NCBI GenBank assembly: GCA_965222375.1
Contig: CBDCTZ010000005.1
Location: 384,001 to 448,000 of the forward strand
Reading direction: 5' to 3'
Origin: Polyangiaceae bacterium
GTDB lineage: Bacteria > Myxococcota_A > Polyangia > Polyangiales > Polyangiaceae
Length of the DNA stretch: 64,000 nt
Part shown: positions 28,799-37,307 of the stretch, in pieces
Numbering within the stretch: the stretch's first letter is position 1
How the letters are laid out: the number at the start of each line of letters is the position of its first letter
Notes under the pieces: model-generated
What the model was told of the DNA's origin: nothing
Seen by the model: the letters and a program-made list of their open reading frames with translations, nothing else
The model's database searches: none
Position numbers and translations under genes: made by a program

Positions 28799-29817
28799 TC
28801 CGGCCTGGGGACAAGACTCCGCCCGCAGAGCGCCCAGTCGGCGTGGCCGAAGACGCGATCATGCGGGTGTTTCGGGTACCACCCGAGTCTGCCGGAATGC
28901 GCGTAGACCGCTTTCTGGCCTCCCAGCTCAGAAATACCAGCCGGACTCGCGCCAAGAGCATCGCAGAGCGCACGGCCTATCGCCTCGACGGGCGCCCGCT
29001 GAAACCCAGCGAGCGGGTTCGCGGTGAAGAGCACGTGGTTCTCTGGCGGCCCGCGTTCGAGGAACCCGACGAGGCCCTGCCCATCGTCGCCGTGTACGAA
29101 GACTCCCATCTCTTGGTCGTCGACAAGCCCCCGAACGTGGCCGTGCACCCCACTGCTCGTCACCATCACAGCACCGTGGTCAAGAGCCTAGAGGCCCAGC
29201 GACCCGGGGAGTTCTTCTCGTTGATCCACCGCATCGACCGAGAAACCAGCGGCTTGCTCATGGTGGCGCGTTCTGCGGAGGCCGATCGCGCCTTCAAAAG
29301 AGCCCTAGAGGATCGCAGCACTCAAGCAATGGCCGGCAAGCAGCTCGGTGGGATGCACAAGACCTACCAGGCGATCACTTCGGGCACGCCACCCGAAGGA
29401 CTGATCGAGCTGCCACTGGAGCTCGACACGGACAACTCCCTGCGAGTCAAGATGCGCGTCGCGCAGCCCGGCCAGGGCCTGGACGCCAAGACCCGCGTGA
29501 CAATCCTCGAGCGAAAGCTGGGCTATTGCCTGGTCGAATGCGAACTGCTCACAGGTCGGCAGCATCAAATCCGAGTGCACCTGGCTGCGAAGGGTTGTCC
29601 CTTGGTCGGGGACAAGCTGTACGGCCCCGACGAACGCATGCTGGCGCGTGCGGCGGACGGCGAGCTTTCCGAGGACGATCTGAAGCGATTGGAGCTACCC
29701 CGACACGCCCTGCATGCGCATCGCTACCGATTGGCCCATGCGTTGACCGGCGCAGCCCTGGACCTCGTCTCACCCCTGCCCCAAGATCTGCGAGTCTTCT
29801 GGGACGGTCGGCCGTGA
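28795..29817 (+). CDS. RluA/RluD-family 23S rRNA pseudouridine synthase with S4 domain
   Basis: RVDRFLA, VVDKP, HRIDRETSG, TGRQHQIRVH, GDKLYG, LHA; GTGA overlap with argB. Confidence 0.9.
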   Translation: MIRPGDKTPPAERPVGVAEDAIMRVFRVPPESAGMRVDRFLASQLRNTSRTRAKSIAERTAYRLDGRPLKPSERVRGEEHVVLWRPAFEEPDEALPIVAVYEDSHLLVVDKPPNVAVHPTARHHHSTVVKSLEAQRPGEFFSLIHRIDRETSGLLMVARSAEADRAFKRALEDRSTQAMAGKQLGGMHKTYQAITSGTPPEGLIELPLELDTDNSLRVKMRVAQPGQGLDAKTRVTILERKLGYCLVECELLTGRQHQIRVHLAAKGCPLVGDKLYGPDERMLARAADGELSEDDLKRLELPRHALHAHRYRLAHALTGAALDLVSPLPQDLRVFWDGRP

Positions 29818-29880
29818 GCGGCGCCAAAACGCCTCGGCCGCGGCGCACCTAGGGGCGAAGTCAGGCCACCGTGGGGGCCG

Positions 29881-29909
29881 TTGACGGCAGAGTCGCGCCT
29901 GGTTACGCG
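29881..29909 (+). promoter_or_regulatory. Sigma70-like promoter of purH
   Basis: TTGACG-N17-TACGCG ending 9 nt before ATG 29919. Confidence 0.45.
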
Positions 29910-29918
29910 GCGCGTGTC

Positions 29919-31478
29919 ATGCCCATCCGCCGTGCCCTCCTGTCGGTCTCCGACAAAACTGGTCTGGTCGAACTCGCTCAGGCTCTGGTCCAACGCGACA
30001 TCGCCCTGCTGTCCACCGGCGGGACCGAGAAATTGCTTCGAGAGAGCGGTGTTCCCGTCACGCCCATCGACCGCTACACGGAGTCTCCTGAAGTCATGGA
30101 TGGTCGCGTCAAGACCCTTCACCCTCGGGTTCACGGCGGGCTGTTAGCGCGCGCTGGCGTCGACGATGCCGACCTTGCGAAGATCTCCGCCGACTTCATT
30201 GATTTGGTCGTAGTCAATTTGTACCCCTTTGCGGAAACCCTGAAGAAGCCCGGCACCAGCTTCGAAGAGCTGATTGAAAACATCGACATTGGTGGTCCGA
30301 GCATGTTGCGATCTGCCGCCAAGAACCACGCGCGCGTCAGCGTCGTCTGCGAACCCGGCGACTACCCGGAACTACTCCGCCTCCTGGAAGAACAGGGCGA
30401 AGTACCTGCGGATATACGCCGGCGTCTGGCTCACAAAGCGTTCGCTCACACCGCGGCCTACGACGCGATGATCAGCAACTGGCTGGGCGAGCAAGGCGAG
30501 ACGGATGGATTCTCGCGCACGCTCACCCTGCCCTTCGAGAAGGCCTACGCGCTTCGATACGGCGAAAACCCCCATCAAAAGGGCGCGTTCTACCGAGAGC
30601 GGGACGCTCTGCCGGGCAGCCTGGCGCGGGCGGAGAGCCTTGGAACCGGCGCCAAAGAACTGAGCTTCAACAACTTCGTGGACGTGGATGCCGCGCTGGA
30701 GGCCGTGCGCGAGTACTCGGAACCCGCTGCCGTGGTGGTCAAGCACGCGTCTCCTTGCGGCATCGCTACGGGCCAGAGCCTGTCCGTCGCCTACCACGCC
30801 GCACGCGAAGCCGATGCCATGAGCGCCTTCGGCGGAATTGTCGCGCTGAATCGCGAGGTGGACCTGAAGACCGCGGAACTGTTGGCCGAGACATTCCTGG
30901 AGTGCATCGTCGCGCCAGGGTTCGCCCCAGACGCCCTGGCGAGGCTGCGCAAGAAGAGTGCTCTCAGGCTCCTCGCGACGGGTCAATGGCTCGGTGCGGA
31001 TCACGAAGTTTGGATGACCAAACGTATCGGGGGCGGTATCGTCCTGCAGTCGAGGGATGCGACTGGCCCGGGAGAAGTCCGAGAAGGTCGCACTGTCACG
31101 AAACGCGAGCCGAGCGCGGACGAACGAAAAGCCCTGGACTTTGCCTGGAGTGCGGTCAAGCACGTTCGCTCGAACGCGATCGTCTTGGCCCACCAGGTTG
31201 GGGGTGCCTTCGCCACGAGCGGCATCGGCGGAGGCCAGACCGCTCGGGTCATGGCGGTGGAAATCGCCGTCAAGCAAGCCGGCGACAAGGCCAAACAGAG
31301 CGTGCTTGCGTCCGACGCCTTCTTCCCATTCCCCGATGGCGTGGAGGCGGCAGCTGCCGCGGGCGTAACCGCTGTCGTGCAACCCGGCGGCAGCAAGAAA
31401 GACAGCGAAGTCATCGCAAAGGCCGACGAACTCGGGCTTGCGATGATGTTCACTGGCGTTCGTCACTTCCGCCATTGA
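29919..31478 (+). CDS. purH: Bifunctional AICAR transformylase / IMP cyclohydrolase
   Basis: RRALLSVSDKTG, GRVKTLHP, IDIGGP, LRYGENPHQ, ASDAFFPF, RHFRH. Confidence 0.97.
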   Translation: MPIRRALLSVSDKTGLVELAQALVQRDIALLSTGGTEKLLRESGVPVTPIDRYTESPEVMDGRVKTLHPRVHGGLLARAGVDDADLAKISADFIDLVVVNLYPFAETLKKPGTSFEELIENIDIGGPSMLRSAAKNHARVSVVCEPGDYPELLRLLEEQGEVPADIRRRLAHKAFAHTAAYDAMISNWLGEQGETDGFSRTLTLPFEKAYALRYGENPHQKGAFYRERDALPGSLARAESLGTGAKELSFNNFVDVDAALEAVREYSEPAAVVVKHASPCGIATGQSLSVAYHAAREADAMSAFGGIVALNREVDLKTAELLAETFLECIVAPGFAPDALARLRKKSALRLLATGQWLGADHEVWMTKRIGGGIVLQSRDATGPGEVREGRTVTKREPSADERKALDFAWSAVKHVRSNAIVLAHQVGGAFATSGIGGGQTARVMAVEIAVKQAGDKAKQSVLASDAFFPFPDGVEAAAAAGVTAVVQPGGSKKDSEVIAKADELGLAMMFTGVRHFRH

Positions 31479-31630
31479 CGACAGTCCCCGTAGCGGCGAG
31501 GCAGTGGCCCGCCGCCCGCAGGTAGCCGGGCCATACGTCCGGGCACAAAACTTGGCCGAATTTTGCCTTGCGTGTCATTCGGGCCAGGTGCGCTTCGATA
31601 ACCACATCGAGCGCTGCCAAGGCCTGATAC

Positions 31631-32878
31631 ATGCGCCGACCCTGCTCCATCTGCTCAGACACCTTCAACGTTCAGTTCAGCTACCAGATCGAACAGCGGG
31701 AGACCGAGGGCGGCTCCGCCGCACCGTTCAGCTATTTCTGCTCCCAGCGCTGTCTGGAGGAGAGCCACCGCGGGCGTGGCGGGGCGGTCCAGTGTGATGC
31801 CTGCCAGGGATCCTTTGTGGTTGAGCTGGCGGCCCACGTCATCTTCGCCGGCGGCACCCGACGCTATGCCTGTAGCCCCGAATGCCGCAGTCAGCTGTTG
31901 CCACAACGTCGTGAGCTTCGAGGTGGCGGCGCCGCCGAAAGCCCGCTGCGACTCGTCCCGACACCCGATGTCGCGCCCGCTCCGACTCCACGCCAGGGCC
32001 CAGCCGGCAGCAACACCGAGGCTCCCCTCGAAAGCGCCATGCCGGCGCCCCCGCCGCCACGCCAACTGCGGCCCGGAGGTCGCTCCGCTCACGTGCTCGC
32101 GGTTTTCAACCACAAGGGCGGAACGGGCAAGACCACGACCAGTGTCACTCTTGCTGCTGGCCTCGCGGCTCGGGGTTTTCGAGTTCTCCTCGTGGATGTG
32201 GATGGTCAAGGCAACGTCGCCATGTCCCTGGGCCTGACTCAGGAGCGCTCTCTGTATCACGTGCTGGTGATGGGGCTGGCGCTGGACCAAGCCAAAGCGG
32301 AGGCGCGCGCTGGCCTGGACGTACTGTGTGCCAACGAGACTCTCGCGGCCGCGGAGCTGTATCTGGCAGGACGAGCCGAGCGGGATCGCGTGCTGGCCGA
32401 CCGCCTGCAACCTGCGAGGAGCGACTACGACTTCATCGTGCTCGACTGTTCGCCGAGCCTTTCCTTGCTCAACCAGAATGCACTGGTCTTCGCGGATGCC
32501 GTGCTCTGTCCCGTCGGTTGCGACTATCTGTCCTTGGTCGGTGTTCGGCAGGTGCTTCGCACGATCAAACAAGTGAACAAGTTGTTGAGCCACCCCATAG
32601 CGCTGTGGGGTGTTCTCCCGACGTTCTTCGATGCGCGAGCGAAGATTTGTCACGAGGCACTCTCGACGCTCCGAGAGCACTTCGGCGATCGCTGCTTCGA
32701 GCCCATCCGGATCGCAACCAAGTTCAAGGAGGCTCCTGCTCGCAACCTCACCGTGCTCGAGCACGCCCGAGGAACTAGCGCTGCTCAAGATTACGAACGC
32801 GTCGTGGACCGCCTTGTGGCCGCCGCGGCAGCCCCATCACAGATCATAAATACGGCCCAGGTAGGAGGTGCGCGGTGA
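31631..32878 (+). CDS. ParA/Soj-family ATPase with two N-terminal Cys4 treble-clef-like (TRASH/YHS-like) motifs
   Basis: CSIC...FCSQRC and CDAC...ACSPEC; Pro-rich linker; deviant Walker A KGGTGKTT, D.DGQGN, LDCSPSL. Confidence 0.88.
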   Translation: MRRPCSICSDTFNVQFSYQIEQRETEGGSAAPFSYFCSQRCLEESHRGRGGAVQCDACQGSFVVELAAHVIFAGGTRRYACSPECRSQLLPQRRELRGGGAAESPLRLVPTPDVAPAPTPRQGPAGSNTEAPLESAMPAPPPPRQLRPGGRSAHVLAVFNHKGGTGKTTTSVTLAAGLAARGFRVLLVDVDGQGNVAMSLGLTQERSLYHVLVMGLALDQAKAEARAGLDVLCANETLAAAELYLAGRAERDRVLADRLQPARSDYDFIVLDCSPSLSLLNQNALVFADAVLCPVGCDYLSLVGVRQVLRTIKQVNKLLSHPIALWGVLPTFFDARAKICHEALSTLREHFGDRCFEPIRIATKFKEAPARNLTVLEHARGTSAAQDYERVVDRLVAAAAAPSQIINTAQVGGAR

Positions 32879-33171
32879 GCGATTCAAATGATTTTCGACA
32901 GGCAGCGGCACGGGTGCTCGACCGAGACGAAGTCGAGGGCGTGCTTTCGCAGAGCTTCTACAAACCCACTCCGGCCAATGCCAAGCCGGCCCAAGAAAAG
33001 GCCTGTCATTACAAGGTGATATGCATTTCGCTCTACCTCGACGATTTGGCGCGGCTCGACGCCAAGGTTGAGCAGCTCAAGGCCCGTGGCCTGACCAAGG
33101 CCAATCGCAGCGCCCTGATCCGCTTTGCTCTCGACGAAGTCGATCTAGACAAAGTGCCCAAGGGGCTGTGA
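32875..33171 (+). CDS. Small ParA partner with ribbon-helix-helix-like C-terminus
   Basis: GTGA overlap; GGAGG SD; KVICISLY..DL..LD...NRSALIRFAL strand-helix-helix pattern. Confidence 0.7.
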   Translation: MSDSNDFRQAAARVLDRDEVEGVLSQSFYKPTPANAKPAQEKACHYKVICISLYLDDLARLDAKVEQLKARGLTKANRSALIRFALDEVDLDKVPKGL

Positions 33172-33213
33172 TCTCCATGGGGCCCGCCCTGGGCCCGTGG
33201 AGCCCCCCTGAAC

Positions 33214-34293
33214 GTGCCAAGCCTCGAAGCGCAACCCAATAGAGCCGATCCCGAGAGCGTCGCCCGCCGCCTCGAGATTTCAAAAGAAGCGGCGGAGCTC
33301 TACCTATCCAGCGATGTGCTGGACCTCCACATCGATTCGTTCATTTGGAATCGCATCTTTGGATACGACCTCTCGCGCCGCCACGGTCACGGACTATTCG
33401 GAGCGTGCTTCTACAGTCAGGTCGACTTCCCACGCATCCTCGAAGCCGGGATCACCGGCGCAACTTGGATCATCACCACGAACCCCTTGCGCACGGCGCG
33501 GGGTCGTGCACGAGCTTTTACCAAGAATCTCGAACGGTTACGCGGTATCTTTGTCGCGGCTTCAGAGCATTTCGCGATCGTCAGAAACGCCGCCGAATAC
33601 GAGGCCGCGCGTGCCCAAGGAAAGCATGGCGCCTTCTTTGGGGTCCAAGGCGGCAACGCCCTGGACGTCAGCCCAGACGCTCTCGATCTCATCGTCGACG
33701 ATCTGATCCTGCGGATCACCTTGGTACACTTGACATCCTCGAGCCTGGGCGCGACCAGCTCTCCGCTCCGCTTCGGATCCGATCCGGGGCTGACAGATCG
33801 CGGTCGAGACTACGTTCGTCTGCTCAACGAAAAGAACATCTTCGTGGATCTGGCCCACGTCTCCAAAAAGGGCTTTTGGGACGCGGTGGAGGTGCACGAC
33901 AAGAGCAAGCCCATGATTGTGACTCACACCGGCGTCAGCGGTGTCACACCCCACTGGCGCAATCTGGACGACGACCAGCTCAAAGCCATCGCTGACAGCG
34001 GTGGCACCGTCGGCGTCATGTATCAGTCGAGTTTCCTAGGGGATGGCGCGTTTTCCGGGCGCGCAGAGTCGGTGGCCGAGCACCTGCTGCATATCGTCCA
34101 GACCGTAGGCAACGACTACGCGAGTTTGGGAAGCGACTGGGACGGCGCGATCACAACTCCGCGGAATATGAAGACCTGCCTTGAGCTGCCGTTGCTGGTA
34201 GACATCCTGCTGCGACGCGGTCTTGCGGCAAGTTCGGTCCAGAAGATCCTGGGTAAGAACTTCCTTCGCACGGTCCGCCTGCTACGGGGGTGA
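33214..34293 (+). CDS. Membrane dipeptidase (peptidase M19) family
   Basis: DLHID, VDLAH, THTG, RNLDD, LGSDWDG, ILG.NFLR. Confidence 0.88.
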   Translation: MPSLEAQPNRADPESVARRLEISKEAAELYLSSDVLDLHIDSFIWNRIFGYDLSRRHGHGLFGACFYSQVDFPRILEAGITGATWIITTNPLRTARGRARAFTKNLERLRGIFVAASEHFAIVRNAAEYEAARAQGKHGAFFGVQGGNALDVSPDALDLIVDDLILRITLVHLTSSSLGATSSPLRFGSDPGLTDRGRDYVRLLNEKNIFVDLAHVSKKGFWDAVEVHDKSKPMIVTHTGVSGVTPHWRNLDDDQLKAIADSGGTVGVMYQSSFLGDGAFSGRAESVAEHLLHIVQTVGNDYASLGSDWDGAITTPRNMKTCLELPLLVDILLRRGLAASSVQKILGKNFLRTVRLLRG

Positions 34294-34316
34294 GCGCGGC
34301 GGCGGCCCTCCGACAG

Positions 34317-34340
34317 GAAACGGGCCCAAACGCCCGTTTC
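34317..34340. terminator. Hairpin between convergent genes
   Basis: Perfect 9-bp stem GAAACGGGC-ccaaac-GCCCGTTTC; no clear U-tract. Confidence 0.45.
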
Positions 34341-34360
34341 AGGCTCGCCCCTGGAGGCGT

Positions 34361-35101
34361 TCAGGCGTCTAGCTGCTCGAGATCGAAGTCCCGCTCGTCT
34401 TCGCGCGCATCTTCGCTCGGATCGCTGGCAGCGGTGTAGCTGCTCGCCTCTTCTTCCTCTTCGTCCCGATACTCGGGCCCTTCAATCTCATCCTTGCTCA
34501 ACTTGGGCAGTCGGCGGCGCCCGACGGGGCCCTCGTCCACGAAATCGCGCAGCGCCATCATGTCGCGAAGAGCTTCCAACTTCGCAAGAGCCTTGACTTC
34601 CACCTGTCGGATGCGCTCGCGGGTCAGATTCATGATTGCTCCTACATCTTCCAAGGTTGTGCCCCCGCGGTCCGCAACGTCTAGCGCGCAGGTTTCGCCC
34701 ATGTCCCAGACCTCCAGGTCGGGGAAGTTCAGCTTGATTGCACCTGTGCGAGGAGACACGTCGATGAACAAGTGGTGCTTGCATGACACATAGGGACACG
34801 GGCGTGGCCCGTCGACGCATTCGGAACGAGTCTTGGGCTTCCAGTAGTCCGTTTCAGGGTACAGCAGGCGGCCGATTTCGAGCTCCCGCTTGGTCATTCG
34901 CTTGACGCTGATAGTGCGAGCGCGAATGTCGCGCTTACGGCGTGAACGCCGCTGCTCGCGAGTGATCGACTCCTCGGTTCCAGGCTCCAGTGCCGTAGCA
35001 CCTTCCGTCGAGAGCTCCAGGGCCGCCGCACCCTCCGTCGGGTACGACTCACCAACGCCGACTTCCTTGTCCTCTTGCCCCTCAGCTTTCTTCGAATCCA
35101 T
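34361..35101 (-). CDS. Cys/His-cluster plus sigma70 region-4 HTH DNA-binding protein (no sigma region 2)
   Basis: C-x6-C-x4-C-x-HH...C then [24 protein letters not shown]; acidic termini; GGAGG SD before ATG 35101. Confidence 0.8.
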   Translation of the reverse strand: MDSKKAEGQEDKEVGVGESYPTEGAAALELSTEGATALEPGTEESITREQRRSRRKRDIRARTISVKRMTKRELEIGRLLYPETDYWKPKTRSECVDGPRPCPYVSCKHHLFIDVSPRTGAIKLNFPDLEVWDMGETCALDVADRGGTTLEDVGAIMNLTRERIRQVEVKALAKLEALRDMMALRDFVDEGPVGRRRLPKLSKDEIEGPEYRDEEEEEASSYTAASDPSEDAREDERDFDLEQLDA

Positions 35102-35326
35102 GCGCCTGCCTCCCAGCAATCAACTCGTCCAAATTCTCATCCGCACACGCACGATCCCTGTCGCGCTCGGGGTCCTGCCCCGACCACGCTGGTACCGTTT
35201 CGACTTCAAGTGCCCCCCAGGCGATTCACCGCCGACTCGGTGACGTGCTGCGACGATCCAGTCGTCGCGCCGCCGCCGGCAGCGAATCGAAGATCGTTGT
35301 TATCCGGTTTCCCTCGTCATCGTTCC

Positions 35327-35842
35327 TCAAGACGCCGCTGCGCGTTCGATGCGCGCTCGCGACGAGAGCCTGGCTTCAATGGTGCGCAGCCGTGACAGCA
35401 AGTCCTTGCTGACCGTGCGCGCGTCTTTGACATCCCGAGCGACCGCTTGGGCTACGGCTTCCTTGCGGCGCTTCTTCAGAACGCCGCCCAGCTTGCCAAA
35501 GATACTGGACAGAGACTGCTCCAGCTGCTGTAGGTCGGCGCGCATGAACAGAACCTCGCGCTGGATCTGCTCGATGGTGTAGCTCTGGGCCATCATCTGC
35601 TTGATGCGGACGATCTCGCGAACCACACTGACGGGATAGATCCCCTGGGAGCCGCGGTGCTTTCCCTTGCGCCCCACTCGGATGCTGCGTGGCAGTAGGC
35701 CGAGCTGCACGTACTTGCGAAGAGTCGCTTCGCTGAGGGCAACACCGTGCTCCGCGAAGAGATCGAGAATCTCGGCAGAAGTCAGGCCGGCCGCGCTCTC
35801 ACGCTCTATCCGGTCCAATGTGCTGTCGTCGATCACGTTCAT
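35327..35842 (-). CDS. MerR-like winged-helix regulator with coiled-coil and no effector domain
   Basis: LSEATLRKYVQLGLLP...IY...IVRIKQMMAQSYTIEQI, then amphipathic helices. Confidence 0.78.
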   Translation of the reverse strand: MNVIDDSTLDRIERESAAGLTSAEILDLFAEHGVALSEATLRKYVQLGLLPRSIRVGRKGKHRGSQGIYPVSVVREIVRIKQMMAQSYTIEQIQREVLFMRADLQQLEQSLSSIFGKLGGVLKKRRKEAVAQAVARDVKDARTVSKDLLSRLRTIEARLSSRARIERAAAS

Positions 35843-35884
35843 TTCTAATCTGTCCCGGCGCGATCTGCGCCATCGAACGCGAGC

Positions 35885-36048
35885 GAATATATTCCACTGA
35901 ATGGATCAACCAAAACACTTTCACATCAAAAATTTGCGCAAAGTCGAGAGCAGCTCCATGGACGCTGCCAACGCGCTTAGCTAAGACATTGTTTGTCATA
36001 TCTCATGGAATGTCCATGGAGCTGATTCACCGTCCATACCTACATGGA
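35885..36048. promoter_or_regulatory. Relatively AT-rich regulatory region with several palindromes and CATGGA repeats
   Basis: GAATATATTC 35885-94; TTTGCGCAAA 35933-42; 13-bp IR 35951-63/36012-24; CTTAGCTAAG 35976-85; CATGGA at 35957, 36004, 36015, 36043. Confidence 0.6.
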
Positions 36049-36201
36049 CCGACACGCATGTCGGGTTTCGAACTGCCGCGATCCGCGCGGGTCCTGAACG
36101 TTCGTTGCGATCGCACACCGATCTACCTTTACCTACACGGTATTCAAAGATCGCACCCCCGGCACGCACTGATGCTTCAGCCGCGAAAGACAAGCTCAAC
36201 T

Positions 36202-37167
36202 TCAACGCGACGTTTTCTCAGACCCATCGCGCGGCAGCACCAAACGACTGCCCAAACGCACTCGCGGAGTTGCCGCCTTCATCCGCCCAGCAAGCCCAGG
36301 GCGCAGCATAGCCACCCGCCTTCTCAGTTCACGCCGGGCCTCTTGGGGGTTCGTGGCCGCGAGAAACGATTCCGCAGCCACGGCTGGGCTCGCCGGTCGA
36401 TCTTGCGGACAGCGTTGCAAAAGAGCCAGAAGCAGCTCGGCAACGCTGGGGTCCAGCGGGGGCGTGGCGGGCGCTGGTGCTTCGAGAATGGACCGGGCTC
36501 GCTCCCTTGGCGATCTTCCACCGAAGGGGTGATTCCCCGCAGCGAGCTGGAACAGAACCACCCCGAGTGCAAACAGATCGCTGCGGGCGTCGAGGCTGCC
36601 GCCAAGCAGCTGCTCCGGCGACGCGTAGGAGAGCTTTGCCTTGATGCAGCGCGCGTCCGTCCAGGAGTCACGATCCCAGGCTCGGGCAATTCCGAAATCC
36701 GTCAGCTTCACATCCCCGTGGCTCGAAATCAGGATGTTGTGGGGGCTGACGTCGCGATGCACCAACCCGCCTTCAACGGCGCTACTGGCGGCTGCGAGAG
36801 CGCGACACACCCGCAGCCCGACATACGCAACAGCTGCCGCACTGAGGGGCGTACCCAGGGTTGGGGAAGGCCCCAACCCTGCCAAGCAGATCCCATCCAC
36901 GAGCTCGAGGGCAAGCGCGACGCGACCGTCGCGCAGTTCGAGCGCCTCCACCAGCCTAACGACACTCTCATCGTCTATCGCCGAAAGCAGCCTGGCCTCT
37001 TCCCAAACCCCCCGCGTGGGTCCGGCAACGATAGGAACTTTCAGGCAGACCAACCGAGTGCTGCCCCGACACACCCGCCGGGCCCGATACGCACGGGCAT
37101 AGCCGCCGCGTCCGATACAGCTGAGTAGTTCGTACACGGCCCCGTCGCGGGACGTAATGCGCTTCAT
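36202..37167 (-). CDS. Soluble Ser/Thr protein kinase (kinase domain only)
   Basis: GRGGYA, VCLK, HRDVSPHN, DFG, YASPE, DLFALG; no TM. Confidence 0.8.
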   Translation of the reverse strand: MKRITSRDGAVYELLSCIGRGGYARAYRARRVCRGSTRLVCLKVPIVAGPTRGVWEEARLLSAIDDESVVRLVEALELRDGRVALALELVDGICLAGLGPSPTLGTPLSAAAVAYVGLRVCRALAAASSAVEGGLVHRDVSPHNILISSHGDVKLTDFGIARAWDRDSWTDARCIKAKLSYASPEQLLGGSLDARSDLFALGVVLFQLAAGNHPFGGRSPRERARSILEAPAPATPPLDPSVAELLLALLQRCPQDRPASPAVAAESFLAATNPQEARRELRRRVAMLRPGLAGRMKAATPRVRLGSRLVLPRDGSEKTSR

Positions 37168-37307
37168 ACTGAGACATCGGCCACAGCCCGGGTCGGGTTG
37201 CGTGCGGATTCCTTGGGCGGTTTCGGGCGTCTATTGGCTCCAGGCAGCGCTCGCGGCGCCCAGCAGCCCTTTTCGGCAGCCGGTCCTTTGGTTAGCCTGC
37301 CGCAGCA

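Noticed and set aside
29835..29905. ZTP (pfl) riboswitch-like words before purH (GGCGAA, CCACCG, CGCCTGG)
   Set aside because: GACUGGCG and the P2/P3 stems are missing, and a sigma70-like promoter overlaps the region, so most of it would not be in the mRNA; an Rfam scan would settle it
31541..31566. Sigma54 promoter before the ParA gene
   Set aside because: One register gives TTGG at -12 and the other has GG-GC spacing one base short
35843..36201. oriC or dif site in the AT-rich spacer
   Set aside because: No DnaA-box cluster or XerC/D consensus seen, and no dnaA/dnaN context
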